From Vitrella brassicaformis CCMP3155 (Eukaryota; Protista; Chromerida): 26,135 bases of DNA. Position 1 is the first letter of the stretch. The number at the start of each line of letters is the position of its first letter. The stretch is from positions 1 through 26,135 of the forward strand of contig CDMY01000735.1 in the NCBI GenBank assembly GCA_001179505.1, given 5' to 3'. Below are positions 22,096-26,135 of the stretch, piece after piece. Below the pieces are notes generated by a model. It was not told the origin of the DNA. It was given only the letters and a program-made list of their open reading frames with translations, and made no database searches. A program made the translations under genes and the position numbers.

Positions 22096-22943
22096 TGTTT
22101 GTGACCTTGTTTGAAGTCGGCCATCCTCTGTATGAGTGTGAGTGCCGCCTGCAACTCCGCCGCCGACGATGAGCTCGACCATTGAGACAAAAGCGCCATC
22201 AAGTCGGGCCAGGTGCCTGATCCATCCATCCATCCATACACAGATGACATGCCACAGACAGACCAGCCAGCCATAAGATGCCGTGTGTGTATGTGATGTG
22301 GTGTCGGTGGTTGGGTACCATGTGTGTTGAAGAGCGTCGCGGCGACCTGCGCAGTGGCATCGGCGAGCTTGCGCTTGACGTAGGGGTCGGTCTCCTCCCT
22401 CAGTCGGGCCAGCAGCGACGCGCACACTGATGACGCCTCCTGAGCACCTGCACACACACATGGCAACAGGTGATCGGTGGATGGATGGATGGATGGATGG
22501 TTATTGCTACCGGCCCGTGTGAAGAAGTCGGGCGTCTTGCGCACAATCTGACGCAGCAACACGGCAGCAAGCGCCTTGATCTGCGCGCCGAGGGAGAATG
22601 GCGACCACATATGAGTGTTTTGACAAGTACGTGTCTGTGTGTATGCGTGTGTGTGCTTACCGCTGTGTATTGTGGATCACTTGCTGCTCCTGCATGTGCA
22701 TGTGTGTTGAGAGGTCCCTCGAGCAGCTGCACGGCGATGGTGACGGGCTGCGCTGCGCTCTGCGATTCGAACCATCGCAGCGCCGCCGTGCGGCACGTTT
22801 CATCGGTGGAGAGGTAGCCCTTGAGGGCCTGATAGATAAGCATGATAAGCATGGCACACAGACAGACAGACGCAGGGAGAGATGGATGAATGGCGGTGGA
22901 TGAAGGATGAGATCTCTTCATGGCTGACCGTGCTGATGTCCAT
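16592..22943 (-). CDS. Importin-beta family karyopherin, importin-5/Kap121-like HEAT-repeat protein, many exons
   Basis: Spliced exons: MDIST|ALKGYLSTDETCRTAALRWFE, IKALAAVLLRQIVRK, ETDPYVKRKLADATAQVA, TWPDLMALL, VRLAAFHAI, HPHCRVRWAALGLLG, LVEDDFAPYYPSFMTAAKQIL, LAVAAGPEQFSQDAPVLMEAL, QAFGNIAESLGEAFEPYLPAIMPSIM, VKTEVEEKQTALALIKTIAEAM, SEFSQVRAAA, DVDEDEEEEPERDII, AICIFADAI, EWLPLTDDDDDARIAHG. These align by eye with IPO5 segments (HPRVRYAA; FVPYYDLFMP; AVGKEKFMQDA). Stop TAG at 16594-16592. Confidence 0.88.
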
Positions 22944-23138
22944 TCCCACTGCACTCATCGGATGAGGCATCCTCTGTGGGATAAGTGAGGGCTGTCGCCA
23001 GAGATCTCCTTAAGTGCAAGCTCGCGAGGCATGGGGGCTTGCTGGGGCAGGAAGACGGCGAACAACTTGAAGTCAGCGCGAGGCGATGGATGTCGACCAA
23101 GACGATTCGTATGATGACGGACCGAGTCCGTGGATACT
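22944..23138. promoter_or_regulatory. Putative bidirectional promoter between importin-5-like and Ulp1-like genes
   Basis: Inferred start codons at 22943 (-) and 23139 (+) are ~195 bp apart and divergent. No motif identified. Confidence 0.4.
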
Positions 23139-23580
23139 ATGGCAGCGACACGTCAGTCTCACCTTCATAGCTCTCTGCAACTGAGCACGAGATTCCTCTC
23201 CCTGTGCATTGTCCCTGTGTGCCTTCCTGTGCGTGTGTGTGTGTGTGTGTGTGCAGAACACCCCGCCGGCGAGGGTGGCCACAGGAAGGGCGAAACTGCC
23301 CCCACAGCGAAGACGGAGCAAGGCCCCGGAGACACTCGCGCACAGCTCGCGCAGACGGGGCTCTTCCGCCGCTATGCCTCTCGCCTGATGGGGCCATCCA
23401 GGACCAATGCCCAGCTGACGACCCACATGAGAATCTCGGTACGGCTGTGGCTGGAGGACCAAAGGAACAAACAACGAATGAAGAGGGAGAGGGAAAGGGA
23501 GAGGGAGAGGGAGATGAAGGCTGAGGAAGGTTTTGATGCCACTGGGCCGCTTCTGGTGCCGGTTGACCCAATCAACCAGA

Positions 23581-23614
<34 letters not shown>

Positions 23615-25826
23615 CGGCGCTATCATCGATGAGAAGGAGGAGCCCATCGTCGAAGACCTACCCATGGCCAATCAGGAGCAGCCGATGGAGCAGCAGCAAC
23701 AGCAGCAGGAGCAGCTGCAGCAAGAAGAGCCTCTAGTCTCTGCGACAGCTCCTGCAAGCTCGGTAGGTAACGGCACCTCTTTATATGTTGTGCGGGGAGG
23801 AGTGAGAGAGGTGAGTGGTCATGTGATGTGTGTGGTGTGTGTCTCTCTCGTGCAGGGCATGTCGTGGGAGGACAGACTGGCAATCGAAGAAGAGATTCAG
23901 CAAGTGTACGTAGGCAACTCTTCTTGTGTGCACATCTCCATCTCTCTCGATGTGCTCTTGTGTGTGCAGGAAGATGGAAATGGAAATCAAACATATGGAC
24001 TTCCTGCGTCTCTATGGCGAGGAGCCAAATGTTGCCACCAGAAGTGACCAGTCGGCTGCTAAGGAGATCGAGGTACACAACATTTCCCTTGGTGCATCAA
24101 GTGTCAATAATGCTCGTCGAAATGATTGCTCTCACAGGATGAGCGCCAAGAACGAAGGGCGCGAAAGCCAGGAAAGACACAGAGACGTGCCAACAAGGTA
24201 CCTTTCATTCTTACCTCAATCGCCGCTGTGGATAGCTGTTGTCCATCTTTAGAAGCGTCGTTGCTCGCGCCGTGAAGACAATTCAGGAGAGACACAAGAA
24301 GGGTAAGGTAGATGGCACTTCACAGTATCGAGGTACTTGAGTCTCTGCCTGCCTGTCTGCCTGTCTGCCTGTCTGCCTGCGTGTGCTCATTCAGCGAGTC
24401 GGAGACTCCGACAGACCTTTACGGAGAACTCGACGTCGAGAAGCTCGTTCGCATGGTCGCGGTAGGCACAAATGGACGAGTCGATGTACTTCATTCCACT
24501 GGGCCCGCACTTGTAGGAGGAAGCCAGTGAAAGGAGCGCACAGGCGCCGTTTCGGGAGCAGTCACAAACACACAAACAAGCTCACAGCCGGTGCGTACGA
24601 TGGTAGTACCACTTGTTCCATCCATTTGTGTCATGCCTTGTGTCTTGTGTGTCTTGTGTTGTACCCTGTGAGCAGCAAAGTTCAGACAGTATGGGCTCCG
24701 CCGCCGGGCTTCTACACGAAGCTCTCTACACCACCACACTCGTCTCACGGGCTGGCCCGGAGCGAGTCAGGGAGCTGGTCGAACCCCAAACGCCGCTACA
24801 ATTACAACGCCGTGAAGGCAATCATGAGAGAAGAGAATGTACGTCTGGGCGGGGCGTATTGCCTTTCCCTCTATGCACAGACGGTCTCCCTATGTATCTC
24901 ACATCTGTCTTGTCAGGTAGACATCTTTGAATCGGATGTTCTTCTGACTCCGATTCGGCGGGGGCTGGAAGGGCAGAAAGTGGGTTGCCAGCAAAACGAG
25001 CCGCCCTGGAAGCTGGGAGTGGTGGACATGAAGTAAGTCAGGTCCTGTGGTAGAGAGACACACTTTGGCACATACAAAATTACGACTGCTCGCTCTCCGT
25101 CCCTCTGTCCATGTGTTTAGGAAGGAAACCATTGCCGTGCTGAATCCGATGGTACAGGCGGAGAATGGCAAGCCACGAAACTGGACTCTCTGCCACGACG
25201 ACCAGTGAGTGGGTGAATGGCTTTAACCAACGAACAAACGAATGAACGCAATGGTCTGGATGTCAGGTTTCTATCCAGAATGCGGCATTTCCTTTACGAT
25301 GAAAAGTGTCGACTGGAAGGAAGAGGCAAAAGGGAGCACTTTGACAAGTGGAAGGCACAAGAGGTGGGTGAGCAAATGAAGGGTAGGCAGTGTACTCTCT
25401 CTCCTGTCCGCCTGTTGCAGGCTTCTTCTATGAGGCCGCCCGCAAACATCGAAAAGGACGCGGATCTTTATACGGTGCTTTACGCTGCCTCCTACTGCAC
25501 ACGGTGGTAGGGGCACAAAATGCACGTCACAGGGAGTACACACCAATACGGGGGCCTTCATGTGGCTGCATGCAGGAAGAACGTGCCTGTTGCTATTGAG
25601 CGAATCTCTGATGTGGACAAGGAAAGAATTCTGGGCGAGTTGCGTGAAGAGATGGTAGGCAACGAAGTGATAGACAAGAGCGTGTCTCCTCCTCCATGCT
25701 CATGCTGCGATGGCTGTTCTCTCTGTCTGTGTGTGCGTGCAGAACATTGCTGCGCAAAGAGGCGGAGGCGTCTATCCGGTGTTGCAAACCTTGCTCGCGA
25801 CTGGCTGCCCCCGTATCGGTGGTTAG
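23139..25826 (+). CDS. Ulp1/SENP (peptidase C48)-fold protein with degenerate active site; long low-complexity/polyQ, basic N-terminal region; multi-exon
   Basis: C-terminal exons splice to ...GFYTKLS...YNYNAVKAIMREEN|VDIFESDVLLTPIRR...EPPWKLGVVDM|KKETIAVLNPM...FLSRMRHFLYDE...DKWKAQE|ASSMRPPANIEKDADLYTVLYAASYCT..., collinear with SENP1-type FFTKL..[62 protein letters not shown]. Stop TAG 25824-25826. Start and first exon less certain. Confidence 0.75.
23586..23612 (+). repeat. (CAG)9 polyglutamine tract in the Ulp1-like gene
   Basis: Direct reading; a second Q-rich tract follows near 23690-23720. Confidence 0.9.
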
Positions 25827-26135
25827 GGGGTAGCTCAGATCCTTTCCGACAAAAGTAAAAAATAACCGCGCAGATGGTGTGATTCAATCGGGTGTAGTGA
25901 CCGGGGGTCCACTCGCAAACGTCGAGAATCTCGACATGCAGGCCCCATTTCGCATGTGACCCGCATATAATGAAATTGCAGAGAAGCAGCCCACCCAGAT
26001 TGTGTGACACCAATGTGAACCGGCCTGGTGAGAGCCTTTCACACACCAAGCAGCAGCTCCCCGCTCGGTCACGTTCTTTCACAATTGGCACCCTTCCGAC
26101 CGCACTCCGTTCTCAGCAACCAAAGCACCGCGCCG

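Noticed and set aside
25826-25900. tRNA-like start GGGGGTAGCTCAG
   Set aside because: A-box-like only; no GTTCRA T-loop/B-box at suitable spacing and no cloverleaf or acceptor stem.

Overview
Intron-rich eukaryotic genomic DNA with short introns full of (CA)n/(GT)n, (GA)n/(CT)n and (ATGG)n microsatellites. The style and one recognised multi-copy gene family suggest the chromerid alveolate Vitrella brassicaformis (inference, not verified). The long six-frame ORFs are mostly microsatellite artefacts, so genes were rebuilt by splicing exons by eye. Left to right: kynureninase (+); a WW-domain/Yip1-domain (YIPF1/2-like) membrane protein (-); a small SRPBCC/START-fold protein (+); a ~146-nt intergenic hairpin with four G.U pairs; a poorly resolved chain of hypothetical exons with an internal diverged duplication (~7.9-12.2 kb); a lineage-specific hypothetical gene (+) bracketed by ~100-bp direct repeats; a divergent importin-5/Kap121-like karyopherin (-); and, head-to-head with it, a polyQ-containing Ulp1/SENP (C48)-fold protein whose catalytic His, Asp, Cys and oxyanion Gln all appear substituted. 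No rRNA, tRNA, CRISPR array or transposase was supportable. Exon boundaries are manual and some are approximate.
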